NCBI GenBank assembly: GCA_965213675.1
Contig: OZ243916.1
Coordinates: 992,001 to 1,056,000, forward strand
Direction: 5' to 3'
From: an uncultured Candidatus Binatia bacterium
GTDB taxonomy: Bacteria > Desulfobacterota > Binatia > UBA9968 > JAJDTQ01
DNA length: 64,000 bases
Below are positions 1-9,451 of the stretch, piece by piece (the first letter of the stretch is position 1; each line of letters starts with the position of its first letter). The position numbers were made by a program, and so were the translations under genes. Below the pieces are notes generated by a model. That model saw only the letters and a program-made list of their open reading frames with translations. It was not told the origin of the DNA and did no database searches.

Positions 1-1
1 C

Positions 2-346
2 ATGATGGACCTGGCCTACATCGGCGTGGCCGTGACCCTCGTGTTGGGGGAAGCCGACCGGCGCTGCGAGTCCGTGGCCATCGCCCTCGGGGCGGTCTCC
101 CCCACTCCCATGCGCGCCCCCCGCGCCGAGGCCGTGCTCCAGGGGCAGGTGCTGACCGAAGACCTGGCGGAGGAGGCCGGACGCACGGCGTCCGAGGAAT
201 GCCGCCCCATCAGCGACGTACGCTCGTCCGCAGACTACCGCCGGGCCATGGTGCGGGTGAATACCAAACGCGCGCTGCTCAACGCCGCCGCGGGCGGCGG
301 CCCGGCGCCGTGGACCCGCCGGCGCGACCGCCGCTACGCATCGTAG
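2..346 (+). CDS. FAD-binding subunit of a xanthine-dehydrogenase-family Mo-hydroxylase (C-terminal part, 5'-truncated by window edge)
   Basis: IALGAVSPTP and PISDVRSSADYRR motifs of the CoxM/XdhB C-terminal domain; precedes the 2Fe-2S and Mo subunits. Confidence 0.85.
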   Translation: MMDLAYIGVAVTLVLGEADRRCESVAIALGAVSPTPMRAPRAEAVLQGQVLTEDLAEEAGRTASEECRPISDVRSSADYRRAMVRVNTKRALLNAAAGGGPAPWTRRRDRRYAS

Positions 347-411
347 GAGCCGGCGGCGGTCGCCCACCTCGGCAACCACACGTCCGAAGACGAAAAGGAG
401 CATTGGCACCC

Positions 412-909
412 ATGACCCAACCCATTGAATTCACCTTGAACGGCAAGGTCACGCCGGTGGACGCGCCGGCGCACCGGCTGTTGCTGGACCTGTTGCGGGA
501 CGAGATCGGCATGACCGGCACCAAGGAAGGCTGCGGCACCGGGGATTGCGGCGCGTGCACGGTGTATCTCAACGGCAAGCCGGTGAACTCGTGCCTGGTG
601 CTCACGGGCGAACTGGCCGGCGCCCACGTCGTGACCATCGAGGGCCTCAAGGAAGGCGACGCCTACCATCCCATCCAGGCCGCGTTCATCGAGGACGGCG
701 GCGCCCAGTGCGGCTACTGCACGCCGGGCATGCTGATGATGGCCAAGGCCTTCCTGGAAGAGAATCCCGACCCCACGGACGACGAGATCCGTTTCGCCCT
801 CTCGGGCAACCTGTGCCGCTGCACCGGTTACGTGAAGATCGTCGAGGCCGTCCAGGATGCGGCCGCTGAATTGCGGCGTCGCGGCGGCCAGGGAGCGGAC
901 CATGGATGA
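412..909 (+). CDS. (2Fe-2S)-binding subunit, CoxS/XdhC family
   Basis: GTKEGCGTGDCGAC, QCGYCTPG and NLCRCTGY; AAGGAG RBS before ATG 412. Confidence 0.93.
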   Translation: MTQPIEFTLNGKVTPVDAPAHRLLLDLLRDEIGMTGTKEGCGTGDCGACTVYLNGKPVNSCLVLTGELAGAHVVTIEGLKEGDAYHPIQAAFIEDGGAQCGYCTPGMLMMAKAFLEENPDPTDDEIRFALSGNLCRCTGYVKIVEAVQDAAAELRRRGGQGADHG

Positions 910-3193
910 TCTCAAGGTTGTCGGCCATCCCGTCACCCGCGTGGACGTCGACGAAAAAATCACCGGCGCCGCCACCTATGGCTACGACCTGACGCTGCCG
1001 GACATGCTCCACGGCAAGGTGCTGTTCAGTCCCCGGGCGCACGCGCGCATCGTCCGCATCGACCTGGAGAAGGCGCGCCGGCACCCGGGCGTGGTGGCGG
1101 CCATTTCCGGCGCCGACGCGCCCTGGACCCATGGCGAATCCATCAAGGACAAGCCGTTCCTGGCCCAGGGCAAGGTGCGCTACGTGGGCGAGCCTGTGGC
1201 CGCGGTGGCGGCGGTGGACGAGGACACGGCCCAGGCGGCACTGAAGCTCATCGACGTAGAGTATGAGGACCTGCCGGCCTACTTCACGCCGGAGGAGGCT
1301 TGTCAGCCGGGCGCCGTGGCCATTCACGAAGAGTTCGAGAGCTATCGCAAGGCGCCCTTCATCGTGGGGGCGCCCATGCCCAACGTGTGCGAGCATTTCA
1401 AGCTGCGCACGGGCGACACCGCCGAGGGTCTTCGGCAGTCGGACCTGGTGCTGGAAGAAAAGTACTACGTGCCGGTCATCCAGCACGCCGCCATGGAGCC
1501 CCACTCGGCCCATGCCCAAGTGGACCCGGAAAGCGGCCGGGTGACGGTGTGGGTGGCCAACGACGCGCCCTTCCGCGCCATGACCGAGGTGGCGGAGGCG
1601 CTGGGCCTGCCTCAGGAGAAGATCCGGCTCATCAACCCGCTCCAGGGCGGCGGCTTCGGCTCCAAGGGCGGCCTCAAGCTGGAACCCATCGCCATGGGGC
1701 TGGCGTTCCACACCCACGGGCGGCCGGTGCGGGTCAAGTTCAACCGCGAGGAGACCTTCATCTCCACCCTGGTGCGCCACGAGGCCACGGTGCACGTCAA
1801 GAGCGGCGTCAGGAAGGACGGCACGCTCATGGCCCGGCACATGACGCTCTACTGGGGCGGCGGCGCCTACTCGGAGAAGAGCCCCACCGTATGCATCCGC
1901 GGCAGCCTTCCCTCCCCCGGCCCCTACCGCATCCCCCACGTTCACGTGGACGGCTACGCGGTCTATACCAACAAGCCCGTGGCCGGGGCCTTCCGCGGTT
2001 ACGGCATCCCCCAGGGGGCCTGGGCCACCGAGCAGCACATGGACGAACTGGCCCGCAGGTTGGCCATGGATCCGCTGGAGTTCCGCCTGAAGAACGTATT
2101 CGTGGACGGCGACACGGCCTACTGGGGTGAACAACTGCACAGCGTGGGCCTCACCGAGACCCTCACCCGGGCCGCCGCGGCCATTGACTGGGACAAGCCG
2201 CGCCCCGCCGGCGTCGGCCGCGGCCTCGCGTGCATCTCCAAGCCCACCCGCTCCCCCACCACCTCCAAGGCCGGCGTGCTGGTGGACGCGGACAACCGCG
2301 TCACCGTGCTGGCCGGCACGGTGGAGATCGGACAGGGCAGCAGCACCATCCTCTCGCAGGTGGCCGCGGAGGAGCTGCGGGTGCCCATCGAGCATGTGCG
2401 GGTGGCGCCGCTGGACACCGACATCATCCCCTTCGACGCCTCCACCACGTCCAGCCGCAGCACCTACCACATGGGCAACGCCGTGCGCGGCGCCGCCATC
2501 CACGCCCGCGAGCAACTCCTGGAGATGGCTGGGCCCGCCCTCGAAGGCGCACGGGAAGAGTTGGTGGCGGTTGACGGCACGGTGCGCTTCAGGGACAACG
2601 AGGACATTGCGCTGACCTACGGCGAGCTGATCCGGCGGCGCCTGGGCGCCGGCGCGGCGGTGCGCGGGGATGCCGCCTACACCTACGAGATCGGCAAGGA
2701 CCTGGACCTGGAAACAGGCCACAGCGACCACGCCTCCGCCTTCTACATGTATGCCACCCAAGCCGCAGAAGCATCGGTGGACGAGGAGACCGGGCGGGTG
2801 CGGCTGCACCGGGTGTCCGCGGCCCACGACGTGGGCAAGGCCATCAACCCGCTCAACTGCGCGGCGCAGATCGAGGGCGGCGTGGCCATGGGCATCGGCG
2901 CGGCGCTGCACGAGAACCTGGTCATCGACGAGACCGGCAAGGTACGCAACCCGTCGTTCCTGGACTACCACCTGGTGACCTCGCTGGATGTGCCCGAGAT
3001 CATCCCCATCGTCGTCGAGTGCGCCGAGCCCGAGGGGCCCTACGGCGCCAAGGGACTGGGCGAGCCGGGGCTGGCGCCCACCCCCGCGGCCATCGGCAAC
3101 GCCGTGGCGGACGCCATCAAGTCGCGCATCCGGGACCTGCCGCTGACCCCCGAGCGGGTCTATGGGGCACTGGCGGAGCGCGACCGCAAGTAG
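902..3193 (+). CDS. Molybdopterin-binding large subunit, xanthine dehydrogenase family
   Basis: GGGFGSK, GAFRGYG, EIGQG, QIEGG and AKGLGEP motifs; lacks the CODH AYxCSFR loop. Confidence 0.93.
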   Translation: MDDLKVVGHPVTRVDVDEKITGAATYGYDLTLPDMLHGKVLFSPRAHARIVRIDLEKARRHPGVVAAISGADAPWTHGESIKDKPFLAQGKVRYVGEPVAAVAAVDEDTAQAALKLIDVEYEDLPAYFTPEEACQPGAVAIHEEFESYRKAPFIVGAPMPNVCEHFKLRTGDTAEGLRQSDLVLEEKYYVPVIQHAAMEPHSAHAQVDPESGRVTVWVANDAPFRAMTEVAEALGLPQEKIRLINPLQGGGFGSKGGLKLEPIAMGLAFHTHGRPVRVKFNREETFISTLVRHEATVHVKSGVRKDGTLMARHMTLYWGGGAYSEKSPTVCIRGSLPSPGPYRIPHVHVDGYAVYTNKPVAGAFRGYGIPQGAWATEQHMDELARRLAMDPLEFRLKNVFVDGDTAYWGEQLHSVGLTETLTRAAAAIDWDKPRPAGVGRGLACISKPTRSPTTSKAGVLVDADNRVTVLAGTVEIGQGSSTILSQVAAEELRVPIEHVRVAPLDTDIIPFDASTTSSRSTYHMGNAVRGAAIHAREQLLEMAGPALEGAREELVAVDGTVRFRDNEDIALTYGELIRRRLGAGAAVRGDAAYTYEIGKDLDLETGHSDHASAFYMYATQAAEASVDEETGRVRLHRVSAAHDVGKAINPLNCAAQIEGGVAMGIGAALHENLVIDETGKVRNPSFLDYHLVTSLDVPEIIPIVVECAEPEGPYGAKGLGEPGLAPTPAAIGNAVADAIKSRIRDLPLTPERVYGALAERDRK

Positions 3194-3323
3194 ACGTCGC
3201 CGCGAAGACGGAACCCTTCCGAAGGGCGAAGCCGTTCCGCGGCAATCCTTCCACGGCAGTCCCCTGGTGGGCGCCCGTGGACGGTGCTCCGCTGGCGGCG
3301 CGCGGAGCCGCACCGAGGTTGTC

Positions 3324-4562
3324 ATGGCCAGAATACCCGTCGTCATCCTCACGGGCTTTCTCGGAGCCGGCAAGACCACCCTGCTGAACCGCATTCTCAC
3401 CGCGCCCCACGGCTACCGCATCGCCGTGGTCATCAACGAGTTCGGCGAGGTGGGCATCGACCACCACCTCATCATCGCGTCGGACGAAGAAGTCTTCCAG
3501 ATGAACAATGGCTGCATCTGTTGCACCGTGCAGGGGGACCTGCTCCGGGTGCTGTTGCAGCTTCTGGAGCGGCGCGACACCTTCGATTATCTCGTGGTGG
3601 AAACCTCGGGTCTGGCAGACCCCACGGTCATCGTGCAGACCTTGCTGCTGGACGAACGCATCCGCCTGGATTTCGAGCTCCAGGCCGTGGTGACCGTGGT
3701 GGACGGGCTTCATATCGAGCAGCAGCTTGCCGTCCAGCATGAGGCAAGGGACCAGATCGCCTGCGCCGACGCCATCCTGCTCAACAAGACGGACCTCATC
3801 ACGCCGGAGGAAGTGGAGGACCTGACGGCCAGGCTCGGCGCAATGAACCCCACCGCCCGCCTGACCCCCACGCTGAATTCAGAGGCGAATATCGGCGAGT
3901 TGCTGGAGATGCGCGCCTTCGACCTGGAGGCCAAGCGGGAGGGGTTGCGAGAGAGCCATCACCACGAACACCAGCCGTCGGTCCAGACCGTCTCCTTCGT
4001 GCAGGCCGGAGAGCTCCACAAGACCCGCCTGAGCCACTGGTTCCGCTCCGTGCTGGCGGAGAAGGGAGCGGACATCCTGCGCATGAAGGGCATCCTCCAC
4101 ATGTCCGGCGACTCGCACCAGTTCGTGTTCCACGGGGTGCACAGCGTGTTTCAGGGGAAGCTCGGCCGGGAATGGGCGGACGGCGAGGAACGCCTCAACC
4201 GGCTGGTGTTCATCGGCCGGAACCTGGATGGGAACGAGTTGCAGGGCGGCCTCAAGACCTGCCTTCGTTCCAAGGACGAAGCCGCCGCCGACGACGGGCT
4301 CGACATCTACCGGGACGTCTCCTCCTTCACCCTCGACCAGATCCGCGTGTGGGTGCGGCAGGCCCTGGAGTTCCCATCCAGGACACCCATCACCATCAAG
4401 GAGGTCCCCTGCGTCAAGCCGGATTGCCCCCCCATCGAGACCGCCATCATGGTCTTGTTGGAAAACGAGCCGCCACGCTTCTACAAGATTCAGAAGACCA
4501 TCAACGAGGTCACCTTCGACAGCGTCTACGACCTCATCGCAAACCCCATGCCGTGCTGCTAG
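3324..4562 (+). CDS. COG0523/CobW-family P-loop GTPase metallochaperone with C-terminal Cys-rich extension
   Basis: GFLGAGKTT, GCICC, ETSG, NKTD, HHHEH and CobW_C (RMKG...LVFIGRNLD); about 90 extra residues ending PCC. Confidence 0.9.
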   Translation: MARIPVVILTGFLGAGKTTLLNRILTAPHGYRIAVVINEFGEVGIDHHLIIASDEEVFQMNNGCICCTVQGDLLRVLLQLLERRDTFDYLVVETSGLADPTVIVQTLLLDERIRLDFELQAVVTVVDGLHIEQQLAVQHEARDQIACADAILLNKTDLITPEEVEDLTARLGAMNPTARLTPTLNSEANIGELLEMRAFDLEAKREGLRESHHHEHQPSVQTVSFVQAGELHKTRLSHWFRSVLAEKGADILRMKGILHMSGDSHQFVFHGVHSVFQGKLGREWADGEERLNRLVFIGRNLDGNELQGGLKTCLRSKDEAAADDGLDIYRDVSSFTLDQIRVWVRQALEFPSRTPITIKEVPCVKPDCPPIETAIMVLLENEPPRFYKIQKTINEVTFDSVYDLIANPMPCC

Positions 4563-4723
4563 TGTGGTGTCTGGTTAATTCGCGTCATGATCTGCGGAGG
4601 ATTTTTTGTTGTCGGCAAGGCGCGATGACGAGCAGTGGCGGGTACCACGCGAGGAAGAGCCACGCAGCCGACGGCGAAAAAGACCCGCAGATTATGACCC
4701 GTATTAACCAGACACCACACTAG
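4559..4723. mobile_element. MITE copy 1 (165 bp including CTAG flanks), subfamily A
   Basis: CTAG-TGTGGTGTCTGGTTAAT...ATTAACCAGACACCACA-CTAG; near-identical to 13103-13267. Confidence 0.85.
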
Positions 4724-4726
4724 CAA

Positions 4727-5347
4727 CTACAAGTCGCGCCGGCCGTCCAGGGCTTCGCCCAGGGTGCCAGCGTCGGTATACTCGATCTCGCCTCCCATGG
4801 GGAGGCCGCGTGCGATGCGGGTGAAGCGGATGCCCAGGGGTTTGATCAACTTGGCGAGGTAGAGGGCGGTGGCGTCCCCTGCCCGGGTGGCGTTGGTGGC
4901 GGCGATGACTTCGGCGGGGGGGTTGGCGTGGAGCCGCGTCATCAGCTCCTTGATCTTGAGCGCGTCCGGGCCAACCCCGTTCAACGGGAAGATGGCGCCG
5001 TGGAGCACGTGGTAGAGGCCCTTGTATTCGGCGGAGCGTTCCAGCGCCATCAGGTCCGAAGGCTCCTCCACGACGCAGATGGTGGAGGTGTCCCGGGCCG
5101 GATCGCGGCACACGTGGCATGGGACGACATCTTCCCTGCCTGGCGGGATCTCGCTCAGCCCGAAGCACTGGGGGCACAGACCCATCTCGCGCTTGAGCTT
5201 GTCCACGCTGCCGGCCAGCGCCAGCACCGCTTCCTTGCGCTCCTTCAACAGGTGAAAGGCAAGCCTCCCCGCGGTCTTCTCGCCGATGCCGGGCAGCTTG
5301 GACAACTGCTCGATGACCCGGGCCAGCGGTGCCGGATAACCGGTCAC
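4727..5347 (-). CDS. recR: Recombination mediator RecR
   Basis: LPGIGEKTA HhH motif, C4 zinc finger, Toprim ICVVE/YHVLHG; dnaX-ybaB-recR synteny. Confidence 0.96.
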   Translation of the reverse strand: MTGYPAPLARVIEQLSKLPGIGEKTAGRLAFHLLKERKEAVLALAGSVDKLKREMGLCPQCFGLSEIPPGREDVVPCHVCRDPARDTSTICVVEEPSDLMALERSAEYKGLYHVLHGAIFPLNGVGPDALKIKELMTRLHANPPAEVIAATNATRAGDATALYLAKLIKPLGIRFTRIARGLPMGGEIEYTDAGTLGEALDGRRDL

Positions 5348-5670
5348 GACGTGATTCCGGGTATCTTCAATCCTCCCGTGAGCTTGCTCATCTCTTCGGA
5401 GGCCATTTCGCGCGCGCGCCGAAGCCCCTCGTTGATGGCCGCCCGCACCAGGTCCTCCAACATCTCCACTTCCTCCGGGTCGACGACGGCGGGGTCCACC
5501 TTGATGGAGGAGAGCATGAACTGGCCGTTGACCGTGACCCGCACCATGCCGCCGCCCGCGGTGGCCTCCACGGTCTTCCTGGCCAACTCCTCCTGGATTT
5601 TCGCAAGCTTCGCCTGCATCTCCTGGGCCTGTTTCATCAGCCCGCCCATGCCGCCCAAACCCTGACTCAT
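5344..5670 (-). CDS. ybaB: YbaB/EbfC nucleoid-associated protein
   Basis: MKQAQEMQ...AGGGMV...EMLEDLV motif; synteny. Confidence 0.95.
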   Translation of the reverse strand: MSQGLGGMGGLMKQAQEMQAKLAKIQEELARKTVEATAGGGMVRVTVNGQFMLSSIKVDPAVVDPEEVEMLEDLVRAAINEGLRRAREMASEEMSKLTGGLKIPGITS

Positions 5671-5693
5671 GAGACCACTCCCTTCACCGTACG

Positions 5694-7514
5694 CTACTTG
5701 ACCGAACCCCCGAAAATACGCAGCGCCTCGTCGACGATGTCCACGTCACTGTCGTCGCCACCCTGCGGATCCGCGTCGGCGCCGCTCACCTCGTCCGAGT
5801 CCGCCTCCACCGCGACGGTCATGGGGCGCTTGAAGAAGCGCGCGAGGAGCCCCTCGAACAACGTCATCGTCTCCCTGTCTCCAAGATAGCCCAGATGGAA
5901 GCCCTCTTCGAGCCCCAGCCTCACCTGGTCGCCGGAAAGTTCCAGGAGCCTGGCTTGTTTCAGGGAAGAGCCCAGCATGGGCTTCTCGCCGCTGACGAAC
6001 TCCACGAAGCCGTTCCAGCGGGCAGGGGTGGGCTCGGCGACGTCATCCGCAGGCGGCGGCGCGGGTGTGCCGGCTTCTCCGGCGCCCTGGTCCCCTAGCT
6101 CCGCTGGATCGGACGGCGTATCGCGCGACTCCCCGGCGGCGATGGGCGGTGCGTCGGGGCGCGCCGGCGCCGTGTCCGGAGATACGGGCGGCATCGCGGG
6201 CGCCCGGGCCTGTGATGGGGACTCGTCACGGGACGCCGCGCCGTCCAACCGAATGCGCTCCGGCGCCGGCCCTGGATCCGGCTCGACTCGCTCTCCCGGC
6301 TGCAACGGCGCGCGCGATTCCAGTTCCCGTTCCAGCCGCCGCAATTCGTCGATGGCGTCGGCGATGCTCACGGTGCGCGGCAGGGTCGCCACCCGCACCA
6401 GCGAGACTTCCAGATCGAACCGCGGATAGGGTGAACGAGACACGATATCGTCGCCCTGCACCACGAAGCGGTAGAAGTTGATGAGGGTCTCGGTACCGAC
6501 GGCCTGAGCCTGCTCGCGCAGCAGGACCATTTCTTCGGTGGTCAGGTCCATGAGCCGCCGCGACCGCGCCTCCGAATCGGCTTCCGGCGCCGCCGGCGCC
6601 CGCGCGTCCATCAAGCTTACCACCAGAAGGTTGCGGAAATGCTCCACCAACTCCCGCGACAGGGCCGTCAGATCCACCCCGTGAGTCGCCACTTCCGCCA
6701 CCAGGTCCAGGCACGCCGAGGGATTCCCGGCGATGATCGCCGCGGAGACCTCATACAACACGCGCCGCTCGGCTACGCCCAGCATGTCCCGCAGGAGCGC
6801 CTCGTCCACGCTGCCGTCGGTTTCCGGATCCGCGAACGAAAGGACCTGTTCCAGCAACGACTGCGCGTCGCGCATGCTCCCTTGGGCCGCGCGGCTCAGG
6901 AGCGTCAACGCGCCCTGGGTGATGGACAACCCCTCCGCCTCTGCGATTTGCCGCAACCGTTCGTGGATGTCCTGCACGCCGATGCGGCGGAAGTCGAAGC
7001 GCTGGCAGCGTGACAGGATGGTCTCGGGAAGGCGGTGGACCTCGGTGGTGGCGAGGATGAACTTGGCAAAGGGCGGCGGCTCCTCCAGGGTCTTGAGGAG
7101 CGCATTGAAAGCGTCCTTGGTGACCTGGTGCACCTCGTCGATGATGTACACCTTGAAGCGCGCCGCTGCCGGCTGGTAACGCACGTTCTCGATGATCTGC
7201 CGGACTTCGTCGATGCCCCGGTTCGACGCGCCGTCGATCTCAACGACGTCGAGGGAGCGCGCGTCGGCGATCTCCTGACAGCGCGGGCACTGGTTGCACG
7301 GGGTCGGCGTGGGGCCGTCCTCGCAGTTCAATGCCTTGGCCAGGATGCGCGCGGCGCTGGTTTTGCCCACGCCACGGACTCCCGTGAACAGAAAGCAATG
7401 GGCAATGCGGCCGCTGTGGATAGCGTTGGTGAGGACGCGCGCGATGTGCTGCTGCCCGACCATGTCCGCGAGGCTCTGCGGACGCCACTTGCGCGCCAGG
7501 ACAAGGTAGGACAT
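5694..7514 (-). CDS. dnaX: DNA polymerase III subunit gamma/tau
   Basis: MSYLVLARKWRPQ, GVRGVGKT, IIDEVH, SRC; Pro/Ala-rich linker. Confidence 0.97.
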   Translation of the reverse strand: MSYLVLARKWRPQSLADMVGQQHIARVLTNAIHSGRIAHCFLFTGVRGVGKTSAARILAKALNCEDGPTPTPCNQCPRCQEIADARSLDVVEIDGASNRGIDEVRQIIENVRYQPAAARFKVYIIDEVHQVTKDAFNALLKTLEEPPPFAKFILATTEVHRLPETILSRCQRFDFRRIGVQDIHERLRQIAEAEGLSITQGALTLLSRAAQGSMRDAQSLLEQVLSFADPETDGSVDEALLRDMLGVAERRVLYEVSAAIIAGNPSACLDLVAEVATHGVDLTALSRELVEHFRNLLVVSLMDARAPAAPEADSEARSRRLMDLTTEEMVLLREQAQAVGTETLINFYRFVVQGDDIVSRSPYPRFDLEVSLVRVATLPRTVSIADAIDELRRLERELESRAPLQPGERVEPDPGPAPERIRLDGAASRDESPSQARAPAMPPVSPDTAPARPDAPPIAAGESRDTPSDPAELGDQGAGEAGTPAPPPADDVAEPTPARWNGFVEFVSGEKPMLGSSLKQARLLELSGDQVRLGLEEGFHLGYLGDRETMTLFEGLLARFFKRPMTVAVEADSDEVSGADADPQGGDDSDVDIVDEALRIFGGSVK

Positions 7515-7623
7515 GAGACTCTAAAGAACCACTCCGGGTGCCCGCGGGGAGGCTTTCGAGGCCTCGGAAATGACCGATGGGCCGCGCCTTGGCGACGCGA
7601 CCCGCTCGCGCGGCGGGATGCTC

Positions 7624-7736
7624 ATTGCCGACAGCCAGGCTTCCCCGTGGCACAGGGGCGGTCCGCTACCGCTGCTTCCTTCCGGACCTGACGGGGTTTG
7701 CGGGACCCACTTGCACGGGACCCGACTGCCAGCAAT
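7624..7736 (-). ncRNA. ffs: Signal recognition particle RNA (4.5S, small bacterial type)
   Basis: Minus strand carries TCAGGTCCGGAAGGAAGCAGC inside a long hairpin (ATTGCTGGCAGTCGGG...CCTGGCTGTCGGCAAT); usual position upstream of dnaX. Confidence 0.93.
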
Positions 7737-7828
7737 CAACACCCTGCCCTGTCAATGAAACGCGACGGGAAAGACCGTCCACCCGCGTTGGTCGTCACGA
7801 TACCCGCCGCGACTTCGAGCGCACCAGC

Positions 7829-7992
7829 CTGGTGTCGTGTCCCGTAAATTCCTGGGATAACTTGCTGGTCTTTTTCGCCGTCGGCTGCGTGGCTCTTCCT
7901 CGCGTGGTACACGCCCCTGCAGGTCATCGCGCCTTGCCGACAACAAAAATCCTGCGCAACTCATCGCAGGAATTTACGGAACACGACACTGG
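7829..7992. mobile_element. MITE copy 2 (164 bp, inverted orientation, CTGG direct flanks), subfamily B
   Basis: CTGG-TGTCGTGTCCCGTAAATTCCTG...CAGGAATTTACGGAACACGACA-CTGG; internal core is the reverse complement of that in the other copies. Confidence 0.85.
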
Positions 7993-8153
7993 ATGTCCGC
8001 GAGTTACGGTTTCAATATACCCCTGCGCGGATTACCGTCAAGCCCACAGCGAGAGGGCATGGCACTGGCCGGAGAACATGATCCGCCACGAGGCCGGGAG
8101 TCCTCGGAAGGTCTCCCCAACCAGTTGTAAAATAAGGGAATTTATCAAGGGAG

Positions 8154-8243
8154 TGGCGGAGAGGGAGGGATTCGAACCCCCGTTACCCGAAGGTAAACCT
8201 GATTTCGAGTCAGGCGCCTTCAACCGGACTCGGCCACCTCTCC
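8154..8243 (-). tRNA. tRNA-Ser(CGA)
   Basis: GGAGAGGTGGCCGAGTCCGG...CCTGACTCGAAATCAGG (anticodon CGA), long variable arm, GGTTCGAATCC, encoded CCA. Confidence 0.97.
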
Positions 8244-8410
8244 GCAGTTGATTGTAGAGCGTAGCATGCCCTCTGGCGGTTGGGAACTTGTAATCTGAAC
8301 GACTGCGCCCGACCGGAGCGACGCGGCCCGCTCGGTCTCGCCTCCGCATTTGCCACTACCCCTCATGGGTGTTAGGCCGTGGGGACGCCCCGCCGGCGTC
8401 TTCCACTGCC

Positions 8411-9445
8411 ATGAAACACAAGGTCCAGTATCTGCTCGGTCCCGAGCATATCGAAGTGCGTGAAGAGCCCGTGCCGGTGCCCGGTCCGGGAGAGTTGCTG
8501 GTGCGGATTCGGGCGGCTACCACCTGTGGGACGGACGTGAAGGTGTTTCAGCGCGGAGGGCATTCACGGATGCTGCGGGTGCCGACGCCCTTTGGGCATG
8601 AGTTCGCGGGGTCGGTGGAGGCGCTGGGCGCGGGCGCGTCCGGTTTCCGGCCCGGCGACCGGGTGGTGGTGGCCAACTCGGCGCCGTGCGGGCGCTGTTC
8701 GTACTGCGCGGCGGAGCGGGAGAACCTGTGCCGGGACCTCGAATATCTCAACGGCGCGTTCGCGGAGTACATCCGGATACCCCGGCGGTTCGTCGAAATC
8801 AGCACGCACCATCTCGACCCGGACCTTCCCTACGAGGTCGCCGCGCTGGTGGAGCCGGTAGCCTGCGTGATTCATGGGATTGACGCCAGCCGGCTGGCGG
8901 ACGGCGCCGATGTGCTGGTCCATGGAGCGGGACCCATCGGTCTGTTGCTTGCCGCCGTGCTGGCGTTCCGAGGGCACGATGTGGTGGTGGCCGACCCCAA
9001 TCCGCACCGTCTCGACGCGGCGCGGACCCTTGGAGCGCGAGAGACGGTGGAGGTGGCCCGCGGCAGCTCCCAGCGCGATCATCTGCGGCTTCGTTCACGA
9101 GACGGCGACGGCTTCGACTGTGCCATTGACGCCACCGGTGTCCCCGCAGTGTGGCAGGACGCGGTGGCGTGCGTCCGCCCCGGAGGTGTGGTCAATCTGT
9201 TCGGCGGCTGCGCGCCGGGGACGAAGATTTCCCTGGACACGGCGTCGGTCCACTATAACGAACTGACCGTCATGGGCGCGTATCATCACCGGCCGGCCAC
9301 GGTGACGCGGGCGCTGGAAATGTTGAGCCGGAAGACCCTGGACCCGCGTCCCCTCTTGTCCGCCGACGTGCCGCTGGCGGACCTGGAGCAGGCGCTGCGG
9401 TCCATGATGGCGCGCCAGGCGCTGAAGGTCGTCGTGCGACCCTGA
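8411..9445 (+). CDS. Zinc-binding medium-chain dehydrogenase (sorbitol/threonine dehydrogenase-like)
   Basis: CGTD, GHE, structural Zn CxxCxxC-x7-C, GAGPIG Rossmann motif. Confidence 0.9.
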   Translation: MKHKVQYLLGPEHIEVREEPVPVPGPGELLVRIRAATTCGTDVKVFQRGGHSRMLRVPTPFGHEFAGSVEALGAGASGFRPGDRVVVANSAPCGRCSYCAAERENLCRDLEYLNGAFAEYIRIPRRFVEISTHHLDPDLPYEVAALVEPVACVIHGIDASRLADGADVLVHGAGPIGLLLAAVLAFRGHDVVVADPNPHRLDAARTLGARETVEVARGSSQRDHLRLRSRDGDGFDCAIDATGVPAVWQDAVACVRPGGVVNLFGGCAPGTKISLDTASVHYNELTVMGAYHHRPATVTRALEMLSRKTLDPRPLLSADVPLADLEQALRSMMARQALKVVVRP

Positions 9446-9451
9446 CCCGCG

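Noticed and set aside
902-3193. Aerobic CO dehydrogenase (coxMSL)
   Set aside because: Active-site loop is GAFRGYG, not the form I AYxCSFR; generic XDH-family enzyme
3194-3323. Cobalamin or other riboswitch upstream of the COG0523 gene
   Set aside because: Only short hairpins resembling degenerate REPs; no B12-box or other aptamer consensus seen
686-3400. Long antisense/alternative-frame ORFs (also 20683-23535, 25020-28922, 44979-47087)
   Set aside because: Shadow ORFs of real genes in high-GC DNA; no recognisable motifs
5694-7514. Programmed frameshift in dnaX
   Set aside because: No A-AAA-AAG or poly-A slippery site seen; the Pro/Ala linker is normal
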